Made by a program: the position numbers and the translations under genes. The notes beneath the pieces were generated by a model that was not told the origin of the DNA, did no database searches, and saw nothing but the letters and a program-made list of their open reading frames with translations. A stretch of 64,000 bases of DNA from Eledone cirrhosa (Eukaryota), in contig OZ024747.1 of the NCBI GenBank assembly GCA_964016885.1, positions 50,654,001-50,718,000 of the forward strand, read 5' to 3'. Position 1 is the first letter of the stretch. Each line of letters begins with the position of its first letter. Of the stretch, positions 1-13,992 are shown piece after piece.

Positions 1-151
1 TATATATATATAATATTTATATACATATAATTATATATATATGTATGTATCTGTATGTGGTTGTGTGTGTATGTTTATATGTATATATGTAGATATAGTT
101 ATACATATATCTATCATATATATAGAGAGAGAGTGTGAGAGGGAGACACAC

Positions 152-287
<136 letters not shown>

Positions 288-395
288 TTACCAAAACAAT
301 GTTTTGTTTATTTCTTGTTTTTCCTTGCAACCAGAATGGACATCGAGAGAGAAAGAAAGAGAGAGAGAAAGAGAGAGAAATAGAAAGAAGGGGAA

Positions 396-489
<94 letters not shown>

Positions 490-1201
490 GATTGGCACGG
501 GAGAGAGTAATTGCAACTACCAGAATATATATCACAGCAAGACGCCATTGCTGGCTACCATTTTCTACTTGGTGTCGTGTCCGATAGTGACCAGAATACA
601 AAACAGATACGTGATACGAATACACAAACAAAACAACATATGCCTCAACAGTGATTTCTCTCAGACATTCTTCACCCAAATCTCTCCTTTTCTACTCACT
701 ACTCTTTCTAGAAAACACTATCTCTCTATTACCATCTTTAATCTTCAATTGCTTTCGCCATTCTTCACGTTATATTATTAGTCATAAGTTATCTAATTTC
801 TGTCTTAAAAAATATAATTATGTTATATATAGTTTCTTTGCATAGTTCCAACACTTAATTCGTCGTTGTTTAACTTATAACTTTTCCTGTAATCATCAAA
901 TCAAGTATTTTCTTACCTTGATTATATCGTTTAATTACATTTTCGACTTATATCCAATTTACAGTATTTCTAAAGCTTCTATACCATGAGACGTGTGTGT
1001 GTGTGTTTCCCATCATATTTTCTGCAGATATTTAAAGAAAAGTAACAGATTATATTATTTAATAATAAACAGACGTTATATACTTATAAAGAAAATATGA
1101 AGGCGGGGAAATTGGCAGGGTCAGTGAGAAGGGTCTGAGTAGTATGGACGCCAGATATGCCACTGTATCTACTTGAATATACATACATATATATATATAT
1201 G

Positions 1202-1323
<122 letters not shown>

Positions 1324-2024
1324 GATGTATTTATTCTCACTCGCTCTCACTCTCTCTCTCTCTCTCTCTCTCTTTCTGTATATATATATATACAGAAAGA
1401 GAGAGAGAGATACATGTATATAATTACATATAAGCATAGTTTCATCTTTTCAAACATTTGATGCCTGGTTCAAAATAACATTACCCCTTATCGTGTAGTT
1501 TATTTATTATGTCATGCAGTTCAAAGTAAATCAAAATCTATGTCCTTTTAAACTAACACTTTTTCCATACCGAGCAATCGGCTGACATTTTTTTCGTGTT
1601 TTTTTTTCTTTCCATTTATCGTTCGCCAGACCCCAACCCTTTATTCCACCACCACTCTGTTTTTCTCTCTAATTTTCATTGCCTCTTACCATCCATCTTT
1701 TTCGCTAACTGCCTCGTTATTCACTGTTGTTCTGTTCTAACACAACTGAAATACACTAACACAAGCAATGTAATATTTCATAATAAAACTTTCAAAGATT
1801 AGATTAGGAACAAAACAGGTTCAAACTTTCTCATGCATAAAATTTATAAAATGTTTCATTTTATCTAAGCTTTTTATAAAAGAAATTATATATGTGTTAC
1901 ATATTTCTTTTTATCTATCATTAACGGTAGATCGAAGACTTAATCACTTCACACGCATCTAAAAATTATACATTTTTTTATCGATTTAAATGTAAAATGT
2001 AGGACATGAGATTTACATGAACAG

Positions 2025-2163
<139 letters not shown>

Positions 2164-2582
2164 GTTATGTACATACATAGGCAGATACATATGATAATGG
2201 ACAGAAAAACAGCGTCTCCAATTTAAACCCCACCAGCTCAATTAATGTAATGTACTATTAATGATTTAGGCTGCAATGAGATCTAGACAGATGAAAATAC
2301 TCCTTCCGGTAACACATTATGGCGGTTTCTTTTTTGTTTGTCTGTTCATTTTTTTACCCCGCTTCGAACTGAAAAGCAAAGAGCTATAGTAAAAGTGCTT
2401 CGCTAATCTATTCATCTTTTCAGCTATACTCATTAAAAAGATATATTTCATTTTTAGTGTGCTTAAAAAAATGAAAGAATTTGTATGTAAACGTACACAC
2501 ACACACACACACACATACGCATATATAATAATAATAATAATAATAATATGCATATACACATACAAACACACACACATACGTT

Positions 2583-2618
<36 letters not shown>

Positions 2619-2680
2619 GTAATAATAATAATAATAATATGCATATACACATACAAACACACACACACACATACATACGC

Positions 2681-2726
<46 letters not shown>

Positions 2727-2743
2727 TGCATATACACATACAA

Positions 2744-2786
<43 letters not shown>

Positions 2787-3196
2787 ATCCATTTAAATTT
2801 ATGGTTCTAGACGGGGGTTAGCAGAAGGTGCGGCAAGCGGAGGTTATGTTTGATGTAAGCGACATTAGATTGTAGACTTCTGTCCCAGTTGCAATAATAC
2901 TGAAGAAGGCTGATGATCTGAGTCTTCAGAGGAAATAATTATTTCATTATGTCTTTTATTTTATTTGTGGTTATTGTTGGTGTTGTTATTGTTGGTGTTG
3001 TCTTCAGCGGTTTTTTTAAAAACTTCTTTGTGTGTTGTTTTCTTTCTTTAAAAAAAAAAATGAGTTTTAGACTGTTTGGTAGATGTAATTATGTTCGTAT
3101 GTATGTATCTGGGTAATATGTGTATATAGATTTCTATCTGCTTCCCGCTCTCCCCCTTTATCCCATCTCACTTTATATACACACATATATATATAT

Positions 3197-3237
<41 letters not shown>

Positions 3238-3239
3238 TA

Positions 3240-3362
3240 GAAGGAGCAACGTGAAATAAAGTGTCTTGCTCAAGGACATAACGCATCGCCTGGTCCAGGA
3301 ATCGAACTCACAACCTTACGATTGCGAATCCAATTCTCTAACCACTCAGCCACACGCCTTCA
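3240..3362 (-). mobile_element. tRNA-derived SINE family 2, 5' part
   Basis: GTGGCTGAGTGGTTAG..GAGTTCGATTCC..TCCTTGAGCAAGACACT. Confidence 0.85.
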
Positions 3363-3396
3363 CTATATATATATATAGACATATACATATATATAT

Positions 3397-3729
<333 letters not shown>

Positions 3730-3749
3730 TTTTAGTATCGTGAGAGAGT

Positions 3750-4041
3750 AGAAGGTTTATAGGGAGAGGCGATACATATACTTAGTTGCCATAAGCTGGT
3801 GCATTTGTGCTCAATACTTGTGCCTACAGGGTTAAATATCTGAAGCCTTAATATTCAGAAAATACAGACTGTTAGAACATGTTTATAAGATAAGCTCCTA
3901 CGTACGTTTCGCCCGAAAGGGGCTTCTCAAGGGCATATAATGCCAGAAATTGTTCAATACAGAACCCAGAAACGGGCGAAACGTACGTAGGAACTGATTT
4001 TATAAACATGTTCTAACAGTCTGTATTCTCTTTCGTAATAT

Positions 4042-4045
<4 letters not shown>
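3750..4045. mobile_element. Family C fold-back element (PLE-type terminus)
   Basis: Inverted arms ~3861-3914 and ~3974-4027, tail to the left with GTGCTCAATAC, between (TA)n runs. Confidence 0.8.
3895..3934 (-). ncRNA. Minimal type I hammerhead, U3-A8 core variant
   Basis: GCCC-UUGAGAA-GCCC(cuuuc)GGGC-GAAACGUACGUA^GGAGC; palindromic ACGUACGU stem III. Confidence 0.8.
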
Positions 4046-4101
<56 letters not shown>

Positions 4102-4103
<2 letters not shown>

Positions 4104-4313
4104 CGAAGGAAATGTGGTAAGGAACCAGGTGGACCATAACGCACCAAAGTACTCAATACTTGAGGTAGTAGAGTGGGTAATAGGAACCAGTAAGACCCCG
4201 ACAGCTGAGCTCAAGCCGTTTCGACGGCTAATTCTGGACTCAGAATTCTTTCTCTGGAGTCCAGAATTAGCCGTCGAAACGGCTTGAGCTCAGCTGTCGG
4301 GGTCTTACTGGTT

Positions 4314-4316
<3 letters not shown>
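4102..4316 (+). mobile_element. Family A fold-back mini-insertion (inverted tail arm plus 3' end)
   Basis: Matches the 9990-10130 terminus; long arm 4102-~4250, short inverted arm ending GTTCC-(TA)n. Confidence 0.92.
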
Positions 4317-4354
<38 letters not shown>

Positions 4355-4917
4355 CACATATATGAAAAGATGGATTGAAGAAACCGAGGGTGTGTGGCTG
4401 CTGGTAACGAGTGTTAGAAGGCAAGGCGACACAAACAAGAGATGGACAGTTTCCCTTCGTCAGCTGTTTAGTACGGATCACGGATGTTTCGGTGCATTAT
4501 TAACAGAACATCTAACCGTAGCGCGCCCACACCTTTTTATCTGTCAAAAAGCCACGAGGGAAAGAAGAAATATAGCGAAGAGAGAGAAAGAAAGAAAAAA
4601 AGAGTGAAAAAAAAGAAGTAAACATACCGATGGAAGGGGGAACAGAGGCACATGTCAGTGAGAAACGGAAGAGAAAGAAATCAAGTTAAAAAAATGCCCC
4701 TGGGTTTAACCCAGGGGGCTATATTAACAAAGGAGTTAGGTAAATCCACGTCTATTCTCACTGAAAGTGAGAGCAGAGAGAGAGAAAGACGGAGGAACCG
4801 GAAGTGAGCGGGGGAGAAGGCAGAGAGGATGAGTAAGAGGGATAGAGAAAGCGGGAGTCGAAGGGAAAGGGAGTTAATCCAAAAGGGTGTGCGACGCACG
4901 TGCAACCGGGACAGACA

Positions 4918-5023
<106 letters not shown>

Positions 5024-5049
5024 TATAGTAATTATTTGGATTGTTATTA

Positions 5050-5158
5050 TCTGTAGAGCGTCGGACAACATGGTTTCTGGTATGTAGTTACTTCCCTTTA
5101 GTTTCTGAGTTCAAATCCCGCCGAGATTAACTTTGCTTTTCATCCTTACGAGATCTAT
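5050..5158 (+). mobile_element. SINE family 1 partial copy
   Basis: B-box and core match. Confidence 0.85.
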
Positions 5159-5160
5159 AA

Positions 5161-5213
<53 letters not shown>

Positions 5214-5925
5214 CATTAACAGATATATGAATTAAAAATACTTTTTATTGTTTTCTTTTTGTATATAAATCAATTCGATCTACAAAAGATGTTTTCATTT
5301 ATTTAATGTCTTGTTAAAATTAGTTTTGTAAGGTTTGTCTGTAAAATAAACTAGGATTCTGAAGTTTCTTGGAACATCATATGCGGGTTCCGTGGCAAAA
5401 TCTGTTTTCCCTTTAAATAATTAAATAAAGGATGACAGGCAAAGTTGACCTCGACAGGATTTGATTATGGAGTGCTGACAGCCAGGGTCGGATTTAATTG
5501 GGAGCAAAGAGGGGGTTTCCCCTGGCGCCCTGCAGTGGGGAGCCCCATCAGTGACTATGCGTTTGTGCGTATTACACAAACTTAACTAAATACTGAAAGT
5601 AGCAATTTCAAGACGGAAACTGTCTTTAAGGTTGTTTAGATAACAACCCCGGAATATATTCCTAAAACGTCAGTCACGGGAGTTTAGAACAATTAAAGTG
5701 AATACACAGTGAATGGACACTGACTATAAACTAACATGCTGAGTGCAACCGAACACGTCTTCAGTATATTCACAGCCGAGTATATTCACTTCTATAACAG
5801 AACTCCGACGAGATTTGGATTCCAGAGTAGGGCCAGATCGATACAGATCGAGCCTTGAGCTGATCAAACGCGAAACGCGCGTCACACCTCAATAAATGGG
5901 ATGAAGATTAATACCACGTCTTTTT

Positions 5926-6000
<75 letters not shown>

Positions 6001-6239
6001 CCAATGGGTAGACCCGGTGGTTCGGGTTGGTAAACGATGATGCAACAAATTAATTAAAGCACTCAGCATTATATAAATCATTATATAACTCATCCATCGT
6101 AGATGAGCTATCCCGTGACTGGTGTGGGAACGGAGTTAAATATTCATTAAAACAACAGAAGGCCGGGCTGGAAAATTTATATTAGAATTTTAAATCCGCG
6201 GAATATACATATATATATATATATATATATCGCGTAATT

Positions 6240-6957
6240 AAACTAGAAATTGATTGACATATATATATATATATAATAAACATATGAAACAATCACAGGG
6301 AATAATTTGTAAAGTGTGTAAGCACACACAGCTAGGTAGGTAAATAATTAAAGTTTAACTAGAACTTCAAATATAGATGCCTTTTAAAATGATTAATCTC
6401 CTTTGTATATATTTCATTAAATAAAGAAATATATTTCACCATCAATCGGTAAATCAAAGTAGTCAAATTCCAGATTTTCAGCAAAGGAGAAGCTTTAACT
6501 ATTTTTGTTTACACAGCAAATGCAAATCTATGTGTGTATTTCAAAAAAATGCAACACGTGCTTCGAGTCATTCACAGATTTGCATTTGCTGTGTAAACAC
6601 AGATAGTTAAATCATCTCCCTTGCTGAAGATTCGTTTTTTACTTCTGTGATTTACCGATTGATGGTGAAATATATTTCTTTATTTAATGTAATATATACA
6701 AAGGAGATTAATCATTTTAATAGCTATCTATATTTGAAGTTGTAGTTAAATTTTAATTAGTTACCTACCTAGCTGTGTGTGCTTACACACTTTACAAATT
6801 ATTCCCTGTGATTGTTTCATATGTTTATTTTATATATATATATGTCAATCAATTTCTAGTTGATATAAATGCTAGGATCTATTCAATGGAATCTTTGAGC
6901 ATATTCTACAGTGGATGTGGCGCATGTCTCTCAGACATGACACCCTTAATTTAATTT

Positions 6958-6959
<2 letters not shown>
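6240..6959. mobile_element. Family B fold-back element (~300-bp arms plus ~95-bp one-sided tail)
   Basis: 6241-6536 is the inverted complement of 6573-6862; unpaired tail runs into (TA)n. Confidence 0.8.
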
Positions 6960-6997
<38 letters not shown>

Positions 6998-7007
6998 AAC
7001 AAGTATG

Positions 7008-7103
7008 ATCCCGACGGCAGAGCTCAAGCCGTTTCGACGGCTAATTCTGGACTAAATAAGAATTTTTAACCTGGTAAATAGATAGCCGAACTTCTCAGGG
7101 GGT
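7008..7103 (-). ncRNA. Hammerhead-like motif in the 3' pseudo-LTR (variant core CUGAGAA)
   Basis: ACCCC-CUGAGAA-stem II (CGGCUA/UAGCCG)-GAAACGGC-loop GAGCUC-GCCGUC^GGGAU. Confidence 0.7.
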
Positions 7104-8065
7104 AATTCCATATATGGTAAAAAAGTGATTGTCACAAGGATTGGTCAAAAGTTTGTTGTTAAGACATGATTCTATCATGGGATTTTGTGGAAGGTAGGGG
7201 TAGCTGAACTTGCCGGTAGAAGAAAGAGAGAGGAGGAGTGGAGGAAACCCAGTCAAGCGTTGAAAGTGAAGTCTATACAGCAGATTCTAAGGATAGTGTA
7301 TAGAAGGTCGAAAAAAGTGTACTAGAGAAGGGGAGGGGGAGTTGAAAAATTAGGTGAATTGAAAGGGAGTAAACAAGAAAGCCATTATAAAGATGAGGAA
7401 ATATATAAAAAATTATGAAAAAACAATTTCTGGTTACTACTCCCCTTCCACAATCACCAAATCTCTCATTGGTATTGCTAAGCTATAGAACAGTTTAATA
7501 GGTGGAGAGGAATACGAAATACGAGATTGTGGTGAAAGAATTTTATGAAGCCATCATTACAGGGGCTCTAACACCACTACTATAGTTAGTCGTAATCAGC
7601 TAATGCTATCTTACAATGACAGGTTAATAAGTTGAGGAACAACATACTAAAAAACTAATACGAAATATTAATTCAGAATCCCAAAACATAAATACTAATA
7701 TACAAGAAACTAATGCAGAAATACAACTAAGAAATTTAGAAATCACGGAAATGGGGCAGCAACCAGAAAGAGAGCAGGTATCTGGGGTCTAACACATCTA
7801 CTATCAAAAGCGTAATCGACCAATTCTATCTTAAAATTAAGGAGGTGGGGGTACTGAGGCTATAGAGGACCGAAGGGTTGCATCCGGGTGGGCGAGAGGG
7901 TGAAAAAAAGACGACAAGGAAGATCTGGGGTGGAAGGACTAGGAAGAGATGGGGGGGGGAGGAAATATAGAGGAAAAGATAACAAATATAAAAAAAGTTA
8001 CGTCTACCTTTGTAAGCAGGGGTTACCCCTTACAAAGTCGGAAAGTGGGGTGTTTCAGCCCTTGT

Positions 8066-9854
8066 CTACCCCCCCCCCGGGTCATTATGGGGTTGGAGGG
8101 CGAGGTAGGTCCTACGCAATCTGTGTTTGCATGCAGTTACCAGTTCGTCTTTCTTGTTTAGGAGTTGGTCCTTCGAAAACACCAATTTGTAATGTTTCCT
8201 CCGAGCATAAGTTACATGGACGGCATCCTCCCGTGTAAGAGTTGGCTCTGGACAGTAAACTCCAAGTGAGATTGTAGGTTTTATTATTATCTGTGAGGTC
8301 CCAGATGTGGCCCGAAAGTGTAGTGGCGTGACGCCGGGCCGGGTTTCGGAAAGTATGACTGTGTAGGTAGAGCCGGGTCTTGAAGTCACAAACGGTTAAT
8401 CCTATATAAGCTTTGTTGGAGGAGTCCGTCCTCACGTTGTACTGGTAGATCACATTACGATCTCGGCATCTGTTGTTGAGGGGGAAAAGGGATCTATCAG
8501 GACAGTTACACATCCTGGTCGGCTCTCCACTGCTGTCTAGGTTATTTCTTCCATATGGGTTGAGTTTTTTGTTGTTAGAGGAGACGATGTTTTGTGAAAA
8601 GTTAGGTGTGGTGCTGTAGGAGAGTTTGATGGTGTTTTTGTTGATTATGTTGTGGTAGCGGTGTTGTAGTGGGAAGTGTTTTTCGATGAGCATAAAGAAG
8701 ATTTTCCCGATAGGTGTTGTCACCTTGGCATTGTGGGGGAGGATTGAACCACGTTACGTTGCGTGAGCAGCGGTGTCGCCTGCTGGTTCTGCTAATGGAA
8801 GCTGGATAATAGGATATTTCCTCCCGGAAGCCACTCCGCTGGAGGGCCTGGTTGTAATGAGGTGCGTGTTCATCGAATATCTGCTCATTAGCGGACAAAC
8901 GAGATATGCGGAGGGAGATGTTTTTAACCAGGTTATTGGTGATGTTTCTAGGATGGTTCGACCGGCGGTGGATGTGATGCAGGTTGTCGTTTGGTTTCCT
9001 GTATGGGTAGTACAGATCGTTATCGAGGTTAAGGGTAACGTCCAGGAAGTTTACTCGGGTTAGGGTCGTTTGTAGGGTTATTTTAAATCCCAGTCGCGGA
9101 AGAAGCTGATTAATTGTTTACGGACCCGGTCTGTACTACTGGGGTTGTACCCTTTGAGGGTAAGGAACCCATCATCACGGTACAATCCACCGCCGAATGC
9201 AGGAAACATTTCGGTGAGTTTAAATAGTAGGAATAATCCTATAAGATCTGTGACTACAGCCGAAACCGTCGCGCCCATACTGACGTCGAAGGGGGGGGGG
9301 GGGTCGAGAGCTCTCTTTATCCATTTGGAGTTGTCGAAAAGTAGGACTGTCTTCCTGGCGTGGAGGATGATATTTCTTTCCTGGTCGGTGATGGGCGTGA
9401 GTGTTTCGGCAAAGTCCAAGGCGGCCGTAAGGAGCGGTAAGGTAATTGAAGCATAGTAACTCTCTATGTCAAACTGGATGTATTTTGTGTCTCGTTTGTC
9501 CTCCATATTGCTGAACCATGAGATTACTTCGTGGGTGTTGACCCATAGGCTAAGTCTGGCGTTTTGCTTAACTTTTGGTATAACGCGGACTAGGATTTTT
9601 TTACTGATTCTCCCTATGTCGGACTTCGTTGGGTTTATAAGCCTGATGGATGGTTTACGGTCGAAGTCGGATTTGTGGTCCTTCAGTGTGAAGTAGGGAG
9701 CCGTGGGTTTAGGGGTTCAGTGCGGTCGGCGACCCCGAGGCTGGAGGTAATTTGTTGTCCATCTCGATTTATGTCCTCGATGCTTGAGTGGTTAGCCTTT
9801 TTATAGGTGGCGTTTAGGCTGCTCCTGATCAGTGTGTGGTATCTGTCGGGGTTG
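8066..9854 (-). pseudogene. Frameshifted PLE ORF: reverse transcriptase and GIY-YIG endonuclease
   Basis: RT motifs TLKDHK, RLINPTKS, IQFDIESYY, MGATVS, GLYRDDG, FLDVTLNL and linker WFNPP; EN motifs CNC..PL...C, VIY..YIGLT, FKTR, CNLC..E, LNKKDE...CKH, split over several frames. Confidence 0.93.
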
Positions 9855-9941
9855 ACAAAATCCCATGATAGAATCATATGTCTTAACAACAAACTTTTGA
9901 CCAATCCTTGTGACAATTAATTTTTTATCATATATGGAATT

Positions 9942-10037
9942 ACTCCCTGAGAAGTTCGGCTATTTATTTACCAGGCTAAAAATTCTTATTTAGTCCAGAA
10001 TTAGCCGTCGAAACGGCTTGAGCTCTGCCGTCGGGGT
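9942..10037 (+). ncRNA. Hammerhead-like motif in the inverted pseudo-LTR
   Basis: ACUCC-CUGAGAA-GUUCGGCUA...UAGCCGUC-GAAACGGC...GCCGUC^GGGGU; stems I, II and III all pair. Confidence 0.75.
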
Positions 10038-10128
10038 CATACTTGTTCCTATTACCCACTCTACTACCCTAAGTATTGAGTACTTTGGTGCGTCATGGTC
10101 CATCTGGTTCCTTACGACATTTCCTTCG

Positions 10129-10157
<29 letters not shown>

Positions 10158-10180
<23 letters not shown>

Positions 10181-10526
10181 ACTAGAAATTGATTGACATA
10201 TAAATATCTCTAAAATAAACATATGAAACAATCACAGGGGATAATTTGTAAAAGTGTGCAAGGAAGATTAATCAATTTATAAGGTATCTATTTTTGAAGT
10301 TCTAGTTAAACTTTATTTAGTTACCTACCTAGCTATGTGTGCTTACACACTTTTACAAATTATCCCCTGTGATTGTTTCATATGTTTATTTTAGATATAT
10401 TTATATGTCAATCAATTTCTAGTTGATATAAAATGCTCGGATCTATTCATTAGAATCTTGGAGCATATTTTACGGGTGATATGGCGCATGTCTATCTGAC
10501 ATGACACCCTTAATTTATCTTAATTT

Positions 10527-10529
<3 letters not shown>
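10158..10529. mobile_element. Family B fold-back element, second copy with a different fold point
   Basis: ATCAACTAGAAATTGATTGAC arm inverted at ~10345-10427; same tail as 6863-6959; (TA)n flanks. Confidence 0.8.
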
Positions 10530-10621
<92 letters not shown>

Positions 10622-10625
10622 TATG

Positions 10626-10730
<105 letters not shown>

Positions 10731-10733
10731 TAT

Positions 10734-10766
<33 letters not shown>

Positions 10767-10949
10767 GTCTATTTATAAAACTGTTATATATTGTATTTTG
10801 TCTGATAAAGGCATACCATAATTTAACTTGGTATCCTTGAAATATATATAATGAAATAAATATGGTTTTATAAATATAGTTTCCATTTATTAATATCGTA
10901 TATATATATATATTTAAAAAAAAAAAATATATATATAGGAAAAACAAAT

Positions 10950-11712
10950 ACTAGACGTGAAGTAGAGGAAAATGAAGATTTTAATGAAAAGTTCGTTCTT
11001 TACCATGTTTCAATACAATAAGTCTATATAATGGTGGTTGCATGATAATATTATTATCATGCCCATTCATTAGAAATACATTAAATATCGCATTTCTTCA
11101 GAAAGACTTTAAAAAGATTTCAAAGTACGACGTAAGTCATTCTTAATTATAATATTCGATTCGTTTGCAATTATGAAAACATGTCTCTTTTAAGCCATGT
11201 CAGTAGAATGAGCCCCTCATTATTGCTCTTGTGTTGGCAAGCAAACAGTTCTGTTTGAAAAAATCAGATTACATTTATTGTATTCAGCCATGTATAGCGA
11301 TAACTTTTTGTTAGTTATTTGAATATGGCAAAACCGGCCATTAATCGCTCGCATACATGAAACTGACTGGTCTATCTGCTGATATGCAAATCTGGCTAAT
11401 CAGTGGATTTGTTAATATGCAGATCTGACTGCTTTGCCAGTCTGCTAATATGCAAATCAGGCCAATCAATCACTGTATATATTAGAAAATATCATATATT
11501 TTCATAGCTCTGACAGTTGGCAGGTGAACAGTAAACTAAATGAAGGGTAAGCACATCTGCAGTTCTGTTTACATGACAACACAAGAGCAAGAATGAGGGG
11601 CTCATTCTACTGACATGGCTTAAAAGAGGCTTTTTGCATAATTACAAACGAATATTATGATTAAGAATGACTTACCTCGTACTTTGAAATCTTTTTTAAA
11701 ATCTTTCTGATT
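10950..11712. mobile_element. Family D fold-back element
   Basis: ~11098-11240 is inverted at ~11577-11710; tail to the left; (TA)-rich flanks; related remnants at 26530-26630 and 27015-27060. Confidence 0.75.
10995..11106 (-). ncRNA. Type I hammerhead with extended stem II
   Basis: UCUUU-CUGAAGA-AAUGCGAUA...UAUUGUAUU (9 bp including GU pairs)-GAAACAUGGUA^AAGA; inner hairpin GCAUGAUAA/UUAUCAUGC. Confidence 0.7.
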
Positions 11713-12026
11713 ACATTCATATATATGTATATATATATATATATAGTTCGGAATAACAGAAAACAAAAAAATAAACAAATGCATGTGTATGTATGTTATA
11801 TTGATACCACAAAACATCCAGCCCACATTGTAAAGTGTTCGTGCAGGTGTCACGACAAAAAGTACCCAGCCCATACTGTAAAGTGGTCGTATAAAAGACA
11901 CTGTAAATGTGGTTGGCACTAGGAAGGGCCGTAGAAAACCAGCCAGAAACAGTCCAATATGAGAGAGAGAGACACGGTCATCCCATACTAGCCTGGAAGA
12001 TAGATGTTAAATGATGATAATGATGA

Positions 12027-12118
<92 letters not shown>

Positions 12119-12639
12119 TAACTTTGCGTGTCTGAGTATTTCAAGTTTGTATTCCGATGGTTTGAGTTTATGATAAATTGTTCTCAGCAACTAAGTTTTA
12201 ACGGAAGGATATTTCCATTTTCTTTTTCTTTCATATTTGGTCTTTTTTCTTTCAACCCAACAAAAATATAAAAAAATAAAAAAAATAGGAAAAAATAAAC
12301 ACGAACAAAAATTTCAAAAAGTAATAATAAATGATATTAATAATAACAATAACACAGAAAAATTTAATGAAGTCATCACTTTGAACTTTTGAACTTGTAC
12401 TGACCTAGAAAAAGAAAACATACCAACGCGTACTACCAGCACCACTACTACCACATGCAACTTAAACTTAACTAGTTCATCCGGTGGGGGGTGGTATGTG
12501 CTCATCTCCACCCCGCTTTTTAAAAAGGATAGGTCCTAGTTTTCCCTCTACGACAAAAGGATGGTTATTTTGATGGCCGAATCCAAAATATTTATTCATC
12601 TGTTTCTGTCTCTATCTATTTATCTAAAAATGTTATTTT

Positions 12640-12772
12640 TTGTTATATCTTATTTTATTTTTATATTTTGTTATTGCCTCCTCCTTATTGAGGACGCCTT
12701 TTTGTGTAAACTCCCCCCTTTGTACTTGTCCCACTTTTGATGCCCTAGTGGCAAATAAAAGAAATATATCTA
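12640..12772 (+). mobile_element. LINE 3' end remnant
   Basis: TGTCCCAC..GTGGCAAATAAAAGAAA-(TATC)n, as at 61690-61745. Confidence 0.65.
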
Positions 12773-13544
12773 TTTATCTATCTATCTATCTTTCTATCTA
12801 TCTTTCTATCTAACTATCTTTCTATTTGTCTGTCTGTCTGTCTATCTGTCTGTTTATCTATCTGCCAGCCTCTCCTTCTCCCATACTTACATTTATATAT
12901 TTATATGTCTACACACACACGCACACACACTTCCCCCCCCCCCCCCATATATATATATATACACAGGTTTCACATTGACATCTCTACTCTATCCCGCCCT
13001 CTGCTCTGGGTATTTATTTTAGGAACTAAAAAGGCAGTGTACTCAATTTCAAAAGGTCACATACTATATTTGGCCTGATTTTATTTATCTTTCTCATTAT
13101 TACCTCCCTTCGCCCACCCCACTATTTTAACCTTCTGTTAGGACGAACCAATAATGTCTTCTTCCAATGGCTGAAGCAGATTTAATTTTGTTTGTTTTTT
13201 TGTTTTTTTTCATATTTTGTTTTATTTATTTTTAAATTTAGTTTTCTTCTGCTTATTATTTTTATTTTTTCACTATTATTTTCTTTTAGGGATGTGGTCA
13301 TGATTCTCTCTCTTTCCCTCTCCCCATGTTAATAATGTATTGTTACGACTACTGCTGCTGTTGCTGTTGGTGAAGATGGTGGGGGAGTGTTGGATGTGGT
13401 GGTGATGTCTTCCTTTCCCGGGGTGGCAGGGAAGTGTCATACTCTTTTAAGTACGTTTGTAATTGTAGTACACATTTTCAGATTGTATCAAAATGAATCT
13501 TAAACTGCGGTAAACTGTGTCAGTGTGTATGTGTGTGTGTGTGG

Positions 13545-13787
<243 letters not shown>

Positions 13788-13796
13788 CATATATAC

Positions 13797-13847
<51 letters not shown>

Positions 13848-13858
13848 GATAGATATAA

Positions 13859-13992
<134 letters not shown>

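Larger units (their letters stand above)
6996..10130 (-). mobile_element. Penelope-like retroelement (family A), 5'-truncated, with inverted pseudo-LTR, inserted in (TA)n
   Basis: RT followed by C-terminal GIY-YIG on the minus strand; ~190-bp inverted repeats at 6996-7188 and 9855-10049, plus an 81-bp extra tail at 10050-10130; (TA)n on both flanks. Confidence 0.95.

Noticed and set aside
2906-2947. CUGAUGA-UCUGA/UCAGA-GGAAAUAAUUAUU HHR candidate
   Set aside because: Extra G before GAAA, only 2 bp of stem I and no fold-back context; may be chance
3240-3362. tRNA gene
   Set aside because: A and B boxes continue into a SINE body; no complete cloverleaf
6620-6680. HHR in family B (CTGAAGA..GAAATATATTTC)
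   Set aside because: Stems I and II do not pair, and the opposite arm has CTGAAAA
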